Positions 1 to 13,379 of a DNA stretch of 55,086 bases are shown one piece after another. How positions within the stretch are numbered: position 1 is the first letter of the stretch; each line of letters opens with the position of its first letter. The notes under the pieces are model-generated. The model did not search any database and had not been told where the DNA came from. It worked only from the letters and a program-made list of their open reading frames with translations. The translations under genes were made by a program, and so were the position numbers. The stretch is from Trichoplax sp. H2 (lineage: Eukaryota), in NCBI GenBank assembly GCA_003344405.1, contig NOWV01000308.1, positions 1 through 55,086 on the forward strand, in the 5' to 3' direction.

Positions 1-2886
1 AAGACCAATGCACGGCTAGATAGATATTTTAGAAATTTATAAAAAGTTGTGTATTTGAACTAATATTATTATCATTTTCAAAATATCTGAAAGTACTTTC
101 AAGTGATTGATTAAAATAATTAATTTTAGTGCCCGAATCGTTCCTACTTAAAGATTAACTTTTTTTTTTTAATTTTACGTAATAAAATTGAAGTTAAACG
201 TAAAAGTTAATGTGTTTCATCGTTACTTTGCTAGTTATATAACTTTCTGTAGAGGAAAATTAGGGTGTCTGTTATCTGAATGATTATCTTTAAGAATTCA
301 TATTTTCATGTAATAGAAACAAGAGAATTCAGCAGTCATTATCCAATCATCTAATGATTAAAATGTTCTTTAGCCTTGTCCTGAAGTAATAAAATATTAT
401 TTGTCCTCAAATTCATCGGTAGCGTTTAATATTAAATATACAAGAAAATATCGCTAGTTGTAATCAAATAATTACCTAGTGGAACAATCAACTAATACTA
501 TAAATTGTAACAAAAATTTTTACTGCTCGTAATAATGGGATGGGATATTATTCTAAAGAGTAATCGTAAACTAGAATGAAAGCTATCAGCTTTAAACCTT
601 GCATTTATAACTGTTAGTTGGTTACGTTTTAGATATTCATTTCGTGTTCAAGGATCTAGGTTGGAATTATTCTCTCCACGATAGTGCTCATTACTAATCC
701 GTTAAAATAGTAATGCAACTTTAATTATCCTGATCATAGATTTTCAGCGCTCTTGATTGTAGGAGCCACAAAATAATCAATTAAAATAAATCGAATGGCA
801 TAATATTAATTTCTATATATCAACAGCGCTGTTCATAAGTATTGAATCGACGCTCAATGACCTAAAGCAGAGTTATAATCCTTGAAGATGAAACCAGCGA
901 TTTATCTATATTTTCATATTCGAATCGATTTCAAAATTATTATCAGTAGCCAGTCAAAACTGCGACTATAGCAATTTACTATTATGCCTATTGGATTTTC
1001 ACCTTTCCATAAATATTCATAAACAGGATAGCATTCTATTCACAATATCATTATATATGTTGGGTATATATTATAAAGGATCGATGCAGATGTGATATTT
1101 ACAAAGCTAAGCGGAAGTTAGCTGTACTTCGTTCATTTGCCGATGAGTGAAATTTCATGAAGTAAAAATTATCCTACCTCACTAATTAGAGATCTATTCG
1201 TCCTAATATGAGTTATTATAATGAATAATAAGGTATACACATTCTAATAATTCATGAGATCATAAAGAAATTCAATATTAGTTTATGCGGTAGTAATGGC
1301 CGAATTAAAAATATATGTCAGCATGGCAACAAATCATAATTATATATTGCGTATTTAATCTATTTACTCATATTATCATCAGTTATTATAATCAACCGTA
1401 AAGTAAATACGTTCTGACAATTCATGAAATCACAAAGACACTGTACTTAATAAATGCCTACTTGTGCAGTCGTAATGATGGATTTAAATATATGTCGACA
1501 TAGCAACGAATGATTCATTACTTATTGCTATCATTTAATTGATCAGAATTACTGTTTCAAATCATTCTCATTAATCCTTCTTTAAACAAAACAATGATAT
1601 TGAATTGAGTATTTTTAGATATTTCTAGTTTATGTCTAGTAGATATGAAAAGAATATCAAACCCTTGATGGACTATCAATCTTAAAGTCAGGTATTAATT
1701 AAGTATTAGAATATAAAATGAATCGTCTATTAAGGTAGCTTTTAATCGTATTTCAGATGCTAACTTATTAGCTAGCTAGGCATCATTGGAATTTCTAATT
1801 AATTATTATACAAAGTATCTTAATAAATCATTCTCATTTAAAGCAACTTTGACACCAAATGAAAATTGGAGAAATAATCGATTAACAATTTATTAAGAAA
1901 ACGTGAGAGAGACAGATCAAACAACCTTCCAAATACTTAATTTTAAGTATTATAAGTGAACAAATAAACGAAAGAACTGAAAGTGTCAACAACCAAACAA
2001 CCTAACATAAGAAGAACGTTTTCACTTACGACAGTTCGACCCGCAGGCCTTTAAAACTCAACAAGTTCTTCAAAAGAATCTTCTTTTACTCTCTACTCTA
2101 AATTTTCTGATTGTACTACCATTTATAGGCCTCGCAGAGCATTCCGTAGTATTTAAAACTAAATATTTATTAACCAATTACTCTTAAGATCCATTTTAGA
2201 GAACTGCCTTATACCACTTCAGAAATAAAAATCATTAAAAGTTCAGACACAATTTACCTTATGATTCCCTTACAAAACACTATAAAACCAACAAATTATT
2301 TATGAAATACATCAAACTTCATTTCTAACATAATTGTTAATCATTAATACACTATAAAAGTCTAAAAATTAACCTTTATACATCAATATTTAGCTTAAAA
2401 ATAACAGTCTAACTACTTAACAATCAACACAACCTCTGCCATTTGCCATCTCATTTTCTATTTTCTCAACTAAACTTTCGTGTCACGCTATAAAATTCCA
2501 AAGTTTCAAATTCATAACAAAAAGTTCAAATTTAAAAAATTAACTCTTACAACATTTTACAATAATTAAAATTCAAAAATTATATCGGACACAGATCGAC
2601 CGTAGAAGAGATGTTTGGGTACTACTTTATGCAACATTTTATATATAATATTTTTATAAATTATTAATGAAACTAAATAAAATAGTTAAGACACTCTTAA
2701 GGTTGTTTAAAATATTAATGACGAAATTTAACCTATATTCAACAACTCATTAGAAAGACAAATGAAGAAATTGCTAAAAATTTCTGATATAGCTTAATCA
2801 ACTCTATCATTTCAATCTGGTTCCTTAGACCTTGCCATACGATCTAGAAATCTTTTTACCGAATCTATCTATTTAATCAAACCCGC

Positions 2887-2906
2887 NNNNNNNNNNNNNN
2901 NNNNNN
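2887..2906. other. Assembly gap (20 N) with redundant flanks
   Basis: 2907-3240 is nearly identical to 1384-1718, and about 3277-3686 is nearly identical to about 2472-2886. Confidence 0.95.
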
Positions 2907-3629
2907 TATTATAATCAACCGTAAAGTAAATACGTTCTGATAATTCATGAAATCACAAAGACACTGTACTTAATAATGCCTACTTGTGCAGTCGTAATGA
3001 TGGATTTAAATATATGTCGACATAGCAACGAATGATTCATTACTTATTGCTATCATTTAATTGATCAGAATTACTGTTTCAAATCATTCTCATTAATCCT
3101 TCTTTAAACAAAACAATGATATTGAATTGAGTATTTTTAGATATTTCTAGTTTATGTCTAGTAGATATGAAAAGAATATCAAACCCTTGATGGACTATCA
3201 ATCTTAAAGTCAGGTATTAATTAAGTATTAGAATATAAAATAAATGGTTCATTAAGGCAACTAAACTTCCCTGATGTAACTTTCATGTCACGCTATAAAA
3301 TTCTAAAGTTTCAAATTCATAACAAAAAGTTCAAATTTAAAAAATAATTCTTATAACGTTTTCCAATAATTAAAATTCAAAAATTATATCGCACAGAACG
3401 ACCGTAGAAGAGATGTTTGGGTACTACTTTATGCAACATTTTATATATAATATTTTTATAAATTATTAATGAAACTAAATAAAATAGTTAAGATACTCTT
3501 AAGGTTGTTTAAATATTAACGACGAAATTTAACCTATATTCAACAACTCATTAGAAAGACAAATAAACAAATTGCTAAAAATTTCTGATATAGCTTAATC
3601 GACTCTATCATTTCAATCTGGTTCCTTAG

Positions 3630-4233
3630 ACTTTGCCATACGATCTAGAAATCTTTTTACCGAATCTATCTATTTAATCAAACCCGCTATTATAATTCTT
3701 TTAGTTTGATTTTATTCGTCAAGCTTCGTTTGCAATCCAGAAGGACTTGTATATAAATTCATCTTTAATCACTCCTGATAATACTTCTATCAAATTCAGT
3801 CTTTTTAGTCAATTCAGCTGGTTAATCTCCTTCCTTGCACGTCATTTCGTGTCCTAGAAATACTTGTACTGATTTCATTCCCCAAATCAATTCTATTGAT
3901 TTAATCTGGTTTTTACACTTCATCTCACGATCTAGAAATATTTGTACAGAATCCATCCTTCAATCAATTCTGTTGTTTTAATCTATTTCACGATCTGGAA
4001 ATACATGTACTTGAATTTATCTACTTAATCAATACTGAAATTTAATCTTCTTTCTAGCGCTTTATCTCACGATCTAGAAATACTCGTATTCAGTTCATTT
4101 ATTTAATCAATTCTGGTGCTTTAATCGCTTTCTTTGAACCAATATCCAGCGATCTAGAAATAAAATATATTAAATTCATCTATTTAATCAAACTCATTAT
4201 TTTAATTCCTTTCCTTACACTTTATCTCACAAT
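3630..4233. repeat. Degenerate ~78-80 bp satellite, about 8 units, directly upstream of GPCR copy A
   Basis: Recurring core (T)ATCTCACGATCTAGAAATA...AATTCATCTA.TTAATCAA near 3644, 3736, 3853, 3930, 3993, 4073 and 4153. The last partial unit TTTATCTCACAAT ends at 4233. Confidence 0.85.
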
Positions 4234-5247
4234 ATGAATAATTCCAGTAATAGCAATGGCACAATCGATTATCTTGCAATTAACTTCTATGCTTATGCTG
4301 CAGCTATACCAGCCAGTATTATCGGCTTGATAGCTAATACACTTATGATGTTTATCTTGATGAGGTATAAGATATTCCATAAAACAACTTATTTTCTACT
4401 TCGTATTTCGGTTACATCGGATATTATCTCCAATACAACAACGGCCATATCATACTTGATTTTAACAGCAGTCCATGTTACCTATCCTCTCGGTGTTATA
4501 TTATGTCGTATTACAATTTTTGTTATGCTTTCATCTTATGGTATTTCCATAATGACTTTATGTACTATTGCGATCGATCGTTACTTTGCTATCGTTAAGC
4601 CATTGTCGTCGTTCTATCGTCGAAATAAGTTCCTACTAATCGGTGGCCTATTAACTGTAGGTTGTTTATTAACATTTAGTATTACCATACCGGCATTATT
4701 TTTTGTCGATGTTTATCACGATGATACTAAATTTTGCGATTTTAGAAATGTAACACCGCTAGTATCTTTTTATTTTACTATGAGCACCTTTAATTTATAC
4801 ATTATTCCTGCCGTTACTTTAGCTACTAGCTATGGTAATATTATTGTTTATATGAGAAATTACGTTCGACCTGGTGAGGATACTAATTTTAATCGTGCTG
4901 TAGAAGATCAGAAAAGGAAAAAATTTATTAAAGCATTATCGCTAATCACTAGCTCCTATTTATTAATTAGTTGGCCATTTTTTGCAACAAGCTTAGGTAT
5001 GGCTATTACAGGAAGCTCACTACGAGAAATACGACGAGTTGGGGTAGTCTATTATTTATTGGCATTTTTCTCTTTTTCTAATACAACAGCTATTAGCATT
5101 ATTAATCCCTTTTTATACTTGAAGTTCGATCACGCTATTCAATTAAAGGCTAAAAGTTTAATTTCTCAATTGTCTACGATTCGCACTGCAGTCGATTCAA
5201 GCAATAAAACCTGCCCTGAGTCAACAAATAAAAGTGGGATAGCGTGA
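4234..5247 (+). CDS. Intronless class A (rhodopsin-like) orphan GPCR, 337 aa, copy A
   Basis: Seven hydrophobic segments, N-terminal N-glycosylation sequons (NNS, NSS, NGT), TM3 Cys and IAIDRY, ECL2 Cys (KFCD), TM6 SWPF and TM7 NPFLY (NPxxY). Confidence 0.95.
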   Translation: MNNSSNSNGTIDYLAINFYAYAAAIPASIIGLIANTLMMFILMRYKIFHKTTYFLLRISVTSDIISNTTTAISYLILTAVHVTYPLGVILCRITIFVMLSSYGISIMTLCTIAIDRYFAIVKPLSSFYRRNKFLLIGGLLTVGCLLTFSITIPALFFVDVYHDDTKFCDFRNVTPLVSFYFTMSTFNLYIIPAVTLATSYGNIIVYMRNYVRPGEDTNFNRAVEDQKRKKFIKALSLITSSYLLISWPFFATSLGMAITGSSLREIRRVGVVYYLLAFFSFSNTTAISIINPFLYLKFDHAIQLKAKSLISQLSTIRTAVDSSNKTCPESTNKSGIA

Positions 5248-7079
5248 AGAAATTAATAATCTATTCTTAATAATGATTCCTTATACTGTAATTCCATCAT
5301 CCAATATCAGATAGTCTATGATTGCAGAATAATAAATTAATGTAATATTTTATAAAAAATTTTTCTCGTACCCTATGGTATGTGATATAGTTCGCCATCT
5401 TATCATCTTTTTGTTCTTATTTTAATGAATTAAGAGTGGCTTTTATTTACAAGCTTTTATTGGATAATAACTGATTATGGTAAGACCTAGCGAGCTGTCA
5501 ATATCTTCATCGATTATGAGCTATTCCTATTTTTAATTCTACTTATTATTACTGGTATAGTAATTGATATAGTAAATTGTTAACCGACAAGATAGCTAGA
5601 CTCATACCTAAAATTAAGATAGATTTCAGTGGAAAGATCATTTACTACTTAGTATTAGACTGTAGTTAATGAATTTTAATCACTATCATCTACCGTAGCA
5701 TGGTTTCAATAGCTATAATTCACTAGAATTAACCCAAGAAAAAATAAAAAATTAGCCTTTTTACTGCACGGTGGTCCGATATTTTCAGATTAATCAAGTT
5801 ATTACTTCTATACTGATTCATGCAATTTAATATTAATCATAGAATTTATCAAAATTTAATCCTGTGAAACTCTACAGTATATTGAACTATAACACATGTT
5901 ATGTTTGCAGTATACTATAATGTACCGCACAGCGTGATTCACTTTGGGAGGATTTTAATATAGAAAATCAGAGAGGTGAAAGAAAAAGACTTCGTTTACC
6001 TCTATGTAGAAAATAAATGAGGTCGTACGGTAGCTATAGACATAAAATATGTTATTCTATTTCTTTTGGCAGATAAGCAACTTATCATGTAAATTATGCT
6101 CATGCATAATTAATTTTATATTCATTCAGTATAATAAGAAATAAATTAGCAGGATTTAAAGTCGAGATGTAGAAATTGTAAAATAGACGCATATGCGATA
6201 TTTATGAATTGATAAGTGTATATTACTACTCTTTAAACCATAGTCACATTGATTACGTAAGCTTTAAGAAGATGAGTTCGGTTAGTGTGTTCCGATCATA
6301 TTTATGGTATACTATGCTCAGAATACCCTTTAAAAATGCGATTATTGTTTACAAAGAATAATTTCCTTTTATCATTTTCACCTATAGCAGATAAACTAAT
6401 AAAATACAAAGCAACGTTTACTGTTTTATATCATGCTAAATGTTGAACTGTCGAGTAAAGTATTCGCTAGCCAGCTAAATGCATAGATAAATATACTATC
6501 GATAGTTTAAACTTGAATCTTATAGCCTGGAATCCTCTTATATTATAATCGTAAAGACCATGATATAGGTATTAATAATAATAACATTAGTAAATTTGCT
6601 GGTAGAGAGATTATTGATATTTTAATGATGTAGGTTTAATGTCGGCATTCAAAATACTAAAATAACTTTATATGTGTACGTGTATAAGAAGCTATACGAA
6701 CCAATAGTCGTCATTAGAGATAATCGAATTTTCATGCATTTATAGGCTGCCATAAAAATGTCCCAAACATGTTAATTAACGTGAATAACAGGCTTTCTAA
6801 GTTCACCAGTAGAGACTATGCGAGTAGAGTACAGTAGCCGGCCTACAATGCTGGTAGACTTTATTGCTTTTTCATAAGGAGTGTCTCATAACCTTTTCTA
6901 CTGTACAGTACATCTATTTTATAGTAGTTCAACAGACACCATGTTCAAACTGCTATAAAAATATCTTCTATATCCATTTTATGACAGCTTAGCAAACAGC
7001 ATGTTAAACTACTGTAAAAAAATCATTCTATACTTACCGGCGCGGACATTATTAAGTCGCAGCAAGCGATCGCTTCTTT

Positions 7080-7480
7080 AGCCAGACTCTTGCAGTAATT
7101 AAATATTATTTGTCATCCAAATTCATCCGTAGTGTTTAATATTAAATGTACAAGAAAATATCGCTAGTTATATATCCAAATGATTACCTAGTGGAACAAT
7201 CAGTCAATCTTTAGAATATTGTTTGATGTTAATTTAGGCTCTTGAACAAATACTATATATTGTAACATCTTGTCTAGCTACGATGATCAATGTCGACTTA
7301 CAGTTAATAACAAAACATTTTTGGTAGCTCGTTATAAATAGGCGTTATTTTAAAGCGTAATTATAAGTTGGAATGAAAGCTATCGGCTTTAAACTTTGTG
7401 TTTTAAAATTTACAACTGCTAGATGATTACGTTTTAGATATACGATTCATGTTCAAGGATCCAAATTGGATCTAAGTTAC
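7080..7480. repeat. Diverged partial third copy of the GPCR-unit upstream flank
   Basis: 7080 onward aligns with about 373-670 (shared AATATTATTTGTC...AAATTCATC.GTAG.GTTTAATATTAAAT.TACAAGAAAATATCGCTAGTT) and with about 11290-11465. Confidence 0.8.
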
Positions 7481-7729
7481 TATTCTACTATGGAACTCAA
7501 TTTAGTTTCGTAATCTACTAAGATTTTCATGGCGATTGTCAAATTACTCCAAATCGGACTAACATTAGAAATAGCAGCTTATGAAATTCACGCAACGTTG
7601 TTCATTTATATGCGTACGTAGACTAACCAACTCCTACTTTTGATTTCCTACGCTTTATTCTGCTTTTTAAATAGCCCAATAGTTTATAATTTGACAATAA
7701 CTGAGCTTGCTTCACTCAATCTAGCGTAA

Positions 7730-8312
7730 TGGTTTGATTCATTGCATCTATTTTCTTAGTGAATCAATAACTATCATGGCTGACATTTTTTAACTACTTA
7801 TATTCTCAATTCCTTTGTCCATGTTCCTTCTCGTATTCTACTTATTAACTAACTCAGAAGCCTTTTAACTAGTAACTAAGCTAGTTAAATCAGATATTGA
7901 TTATGGTGTGACAGCTTAATTCATGACATCCACTTTCTTAGCGAATCAATAACTGATATGACTGACATTTTTTAGCTACTCATATTCTCTATTCCTTTGT
8001 CCATGTCTTCATTCTATTTATCAACTAACTCAGAAACCTTTCAACTAGTAAATGAGCTGGTTAAATCAGATAAAAGGCTTCAGCGTAATTATTTAACTTA
8101 TCACATCCATTTTGGTAGTAAATTATATGACTAAAATTTTTAGCAACGCATATTTTCAATTCCTTAGTTCATATTTCTTCTCATATTCTACTTATTAACT
8201 AACTCAAAAGCCTTTCAATTAGTAACTGAGTTTATCGAATCACATAAAGACAAAGCGTATTGGCTTAATTCATCACATTCTTTTTATAGTGAATCAATAA
8301 CTGATATAGCTA
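7730..8312. repeat. Degenerate tandem repeat, ~172-182 bp unit, about 3.3 copies
   Basis: Motifs CATC.ATTTT..TAG.GAATCAATAACT (near 7745, 7927, 8104, 8276) and AACTAACTCA.AA.CCTTT.AA.TAGTAA recur at this period. Confidence 0.85.
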
Positions 8313-10719
8313 ATGGTTATTCCGCATACAATATTGAAATTTACGAGTTCAGTTCCACGTACTATAATTTTGGCTGCAGGACTGTACGCACACTTACAGG
8401 TCTCTACTGTACGGCCTACAGACTACGATAGAATCATTTTAAGGTTCCATACTTTCAGGACTGTCCTATTTTGAAATACTGAATCATAGGTATAACTACA
8501 AACTCCAGGAGTAGTCCGTGACTGAATATATAGTTGCTCACTATTACTGTACTCTTGCAGTATTTGGAATAAACTTCTAAAGAGCTACAGGCTAGTCTTC
8601 TTTGCAAAACGATCACCATCGAAATGTATGCTTTCATTTGGTGTTGCGATTTTGTACGTTTAACACTAGCTACATTAGTATGTATCAAAGGTTTACTACA
8701 CTATACTGAGGAAATATGTCAAATATTGACCCATTAAAATCTTTTAATATGTTTAACAGTCTAATTTAATTAACTGAAAGAAATTTGAAACACATTTCTT
8801 ATAGAAACTGCTTTAGTACTATGTATTTCAAAGTTTTTCAAGTGTATTATCATACTGTCTACAGTACTACAAACACTCTATCAAAGGATCAGACTGCTCT
8901 TGCCTAGCGATGCCAACTATTGACTATCTAAGTAGTTCATTAACTATCTAACTGTCCAACAATAATGATAGTTGAATATTTAAGATTTTAGCTCCCTGAA
9001 CTATTAGCTAATAGTATTGTACACTATAAAGTACTACGTAAGCTACAGAACTAGGATTTACTATGAGTTCTTGCTATGATAGCTGTGAATATAGTTGTTG
9101 ACGATACAGTAGTTGGATAACTCGATATTTGAAAGACTAACTACTTGATAGATAGGTCGATATTCAAGCCGATAGTCAGCGCCTCTACTCTTGGCTAACA
9201 AAGAGGAGACAAGAAATTAGATTGGATATGCAGCTAGAAATGAAAAATAGGCACCTGTAAACTGGAAATGGCAGCTTTCATACCTCAACTGCATGCCTAT
9301 CTATACGTAGAGTATATGTGTAGATGCAAATGTCAAGATGCTCCTATATATATATAAAGAGATACACTATTTTGTTCAAATCATGATTAACCACAATGAG
9401 ATGTGCCATGATGTTATAATATCATGGGTGATAATTATACTAACAAAGAAATCGTAACAAAATTTAATTTGTCAAGATACGTAAAGGAATTGCAATAACT
9501 ACTACAATATAGATCAACATACATATATCTTGAAAACAATATTATCTATCAGCCCATATATCTATTTTGAACTCTTTTTATTGGCTGAGACCTACATAAA
9601 ATTAAACTTATCTTCATATTTTAAGTTTAGTTTATATCAAGCACTGGGATAATCCTAACATAATAATATTTATATTAATACCAGCAAATACCATATTTGG
9701 AAAATAATTATCAATGAAATAAATTAATCTATTAATTAAATGCTATGATAATATTACCTAAGTCTAATTAATACTAAAATTTGGGGGATATAAATAATGA
9801 ACTAATAGTCATGCCATGCTCTCACCCCGTAATTTTAGTTCACTTTTACACCCTCCTTAGGACTGTTTATGTGTTCTACGATAGAAAGTAATGTGTACAT
9901 ATATAATAATCCTATATTTCTTCAAAAATCTTTGATATGTTTTTTTCGCTAAAGTTTTACCAACAATAAGAATCATGTCGTACCTAACTACCTGGAACTT
10001 CTCGATAATAAAATAAGAGAAGAAACTTGTCCTATCAGGTTATCAGTTACGAGAATTACGTGCAGTAAGGTATAGTAACTTCGTACTGACTACGGCTAGA
10101 CTGGCTACGCACAAAATACGAACACTGTCAATATTTCTGAAAGAAACGTAAAACTATTTCGATTTATAGCACATCCAGTTGCGGATAAGTCACCGTAGTC
10201 GAGATACTGGCCATCTAGAGTTAGCATTATTTTAAGTATAGAGTGTAGATAGTTCTCGTCGACTTGAAAATGTCAGCCAGTAAATTTACCCTACCAACGT
10301 CGAAGTAATTTGCTAATCAACTTACTTACTTACTATACTTACAGTACTGTGCAGTTTTCCAGAATTTACAGTACAAGTATTAAGAAATAAAGCTAAGATT
10401 TTTTTCTTACTCTCCAATACAGTACTGCTTACTTTACTGTAGACTTTCGATTTATCAAAGAATCTACGATAAGGAAGATTTTCCATAAAATGATAAAAAA
10501 AGAAATAATACTTCACTGTACTATAACTATCTGTATGCAGTTAGTCATACATTATGTTGCCAAGATACAATAATCGATATCAATTTGTAGTTAATAACAA
10601 ACGTTTTTACTGTTCGCCATGATTAGATGATATTTTGATAAGTAATTGTAAACTACAACTATCCGCTTAGTCCTTATGTTTCAAAATTTACAACTGCTAG
10701 TTGGTTACATTTTAAATTT

Positions 10720-10739
10720 NNNNNNNNNNNNNNNNNNNN
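10720..10739. other. Assembly gap (20 N) with redundant flanks
   Basis: 10184-10717 is nearly identical to about 10899-11429, and 10740-10896 is nearly identical to about 6348-6504. Confidence 0.95.
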
Positions 10740-13379
10740 TTTACAAAGAATAATTTCCTTTTATCATTTTCACCTATAGCAGATAAACTAATAAAATACA
10801 AAGCAACGTTTACTGTTTTATATCATGCTAAATGTTGAACTATCGAGTAAAGTATTCGTTAGCCAGCTTAATGCATAGATAAATATACTATCGATACTGA
10901 TAAGTCACGGTAGTCGAGATACTGGCCATCTAGAGTTAGCATTATTTTAAGTATAGTGTAGATAGTTCTCGTCGACTTGAAAATGTCAGCCAGTAAATTT
11001 ACACTACCAACGTCGAAGTAATTTGCTAATCAACTTACTTACTTACTATACTTACAGTACTGTGCAGTTTTCCAGAATTTACAGTACAAGTATTAAGAAA
11101 TAAAGCCAAGATTTTTTCTTACTCTCCAATACAGTACTGCTTACTTTACTGTAGACTTTCGATTTATCAAAGAATCTACGATAAGGAAGATTTTCCATAA
11201 AATGATAAAAAAAGAAATAATACTTCACTGTACTATAACTATCTGTATGCAGTTAGTCATACATTATGTTGCCAAGATACAATAATCGATATCAATTTGT
11301 AGTTAATAACAAACGTTTTTACTGTTCGCCATGATTAGATGATATTTTGATAAGTAATTGTAAACTACAACTATCCGCTTAGTCCTTATGTTTCAAAATT
11401 TACAACTGCTAGTTGGTTACATTTTAAATATTCGATTCGTTTTTAAAGATCCAAGTTGGAATTATTCTTTACAGTATAGTACTCATTGCTAATCTATTAA
11501 AATAATGATGCAACCTAAAATTATCCTGATCATTGATTTTTTATCGTTCTTGCATTTGCGAGAGCCGAAAAACGATCAATTAAAATAAATCGAATGGCAT
11601 AATATTAGGTTTCTATATATCAGTAGTGGTATTCATAGACTATGAAATCGATGCTTAACGATCTAGATTAGAAGTAATTATGATTCTTGAATACGGATCC
11701 GGTAATTTATCCATATTTACACATTCGATTCGATTGCATAGTTGTAAGTATCGGTAGTCTGTCAAAACCGCTACTATAATAAGCTATTATTATACTTATT
11801 AGGCTTTCATCTTTTCGTAATTTTTCATAAACAGGATAGCATTCCATTCACGATATCATTATATATCTTATAAACAGTCGATGCAGATGTGATATTTACA
11901 AAGCCAAAGGAAATAGGCTGTATTTAACTCATTTCCTGGTATGCATAGTTTCTTGAAGTAAAAATTATTCTATCTCGACGCTCCGTGACCTGAAGTAATT
12001 TATCTGTATTTACACGTTCAATTTGTTCAAAAAGTTACCAGTATGGTTAGCCTGTCAAAACTGCTATACTATAATAAGCAAATATTATACTTATCGGTCT
12101 TTCATCCTCCGTAAATATTTATAAACAGTATAGCATTCTATTCGCGATATCATTATACATATATTACGAAGAATCGATGCAGATGTGATGTCTACAAAGT
12201 CAAGCTTAAGTTAACTATATTTTAACTCATTTACCGGCATAGTACGTACAGTTTCTTAGAGCAGAAATTATTCTATCTTGCTAATTGGAGATCTATTCGT
12301 CCTATTATCAGTTACTATAACGTAGAGTAAAGTAAACACATTCTGATAATTCATGAAATCATAAAGAAACTGTAATATCTATGTATGCAGTAGCGATAGC
12401 CGATTTAAATGTGGCAATGAATTATGATTATTTATTACTAGCATTCAATCGATCTATTTATCTCACCATCAGTTGTTACAATCAACAGCAAAGTAAAAAA
12501 GTTCTGACAATTCATGAATTAATTGATTGATTGATCAAAATTACTATTTCAAAATTATTTAAATTATTCTCATTTAATCCTTCTGTAAACGAAGAAAATG
12601 ATATTGAATTAAGAGTTTTAGATACTTCTAATTTATTTCTAGTTGATATGAAGGAAATACCAAACCCTTGACGAACCATCATCCTTAAGGTCAGATATTA
12701 ATTAAGTTATAGAATATAAAATGGATGACTTTGAGGCTGCTTTTAATAATACTTTAGATAATAATTAACTTATTATCTAGGCATCAGTGGAATTATTGAT
12801 TGTTATATAAATTCTCCTAATCAATTATTTTCATTTGACAATTCCTTCACTACGGTAATCAATGTAAAAAAATCAAACAATGAACTTTAACCTTTGATAT
12901 TAATTAGTTACTAGCCATACCGATTAGAAATCGATAAATAACATTATTCTCTGCATCATATCAATATCAGCTGCTGTTCTACCAATTAGAGTCACTGTCC
13001 ATTCTCGATTGATACAATATCATAAGTTTATTATTTTATTCTTCTGCGAAGCCATGCTAAATTTAACTTTTACCTAAAGTATAATGAAGGCACTTGAAAA
13101 GGTAGAAAGATAATGAGCTCTATTATTAATCAACAGTTATATTAGTCTCTAGAAGAGATGATTGGGTACTACGCTATGCTACATTTTATAGCATTTTTTT
13201 ATATTATAAAGAAAGAAAATGAAATAATTAAGATATCATTACGCCATCTTTAAAATATCGATAACGTAAATTTAAGTTTAATCTAAATTCAACAACTCTT
13301 AAAAAAAAGTCAAACAAAGAAATTGCCGAAGATTTCTGGTACAGCTTAATCAGTTCTATCATTTCAATCTAGTTCCTTA

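Larger units (their letters stand above)
560..7020. repeat. Segmental duplication, copy A (GPCR unit)
   Basis: Upstream flank, satellite, GPCR ORF and downstream flank align colinearly with about 11340-17490. The offset at the ATGs is 10841 nt. Boundaries are approximate. Confidence 0.9.

Noticed and set aside
2030..2050. GTTCGACCC B-box-like motif suggesting a tRNA or SINE
   Set aside because: No T-stem pairing, A-box or cloverleaf.
4234..5247. GPCR as an opsin or a specific receptor ortholog
   Set aside because: There is no retinal-binding Lys in TM7 and no diagnostic subfamily motif, so it is left as an orphan.
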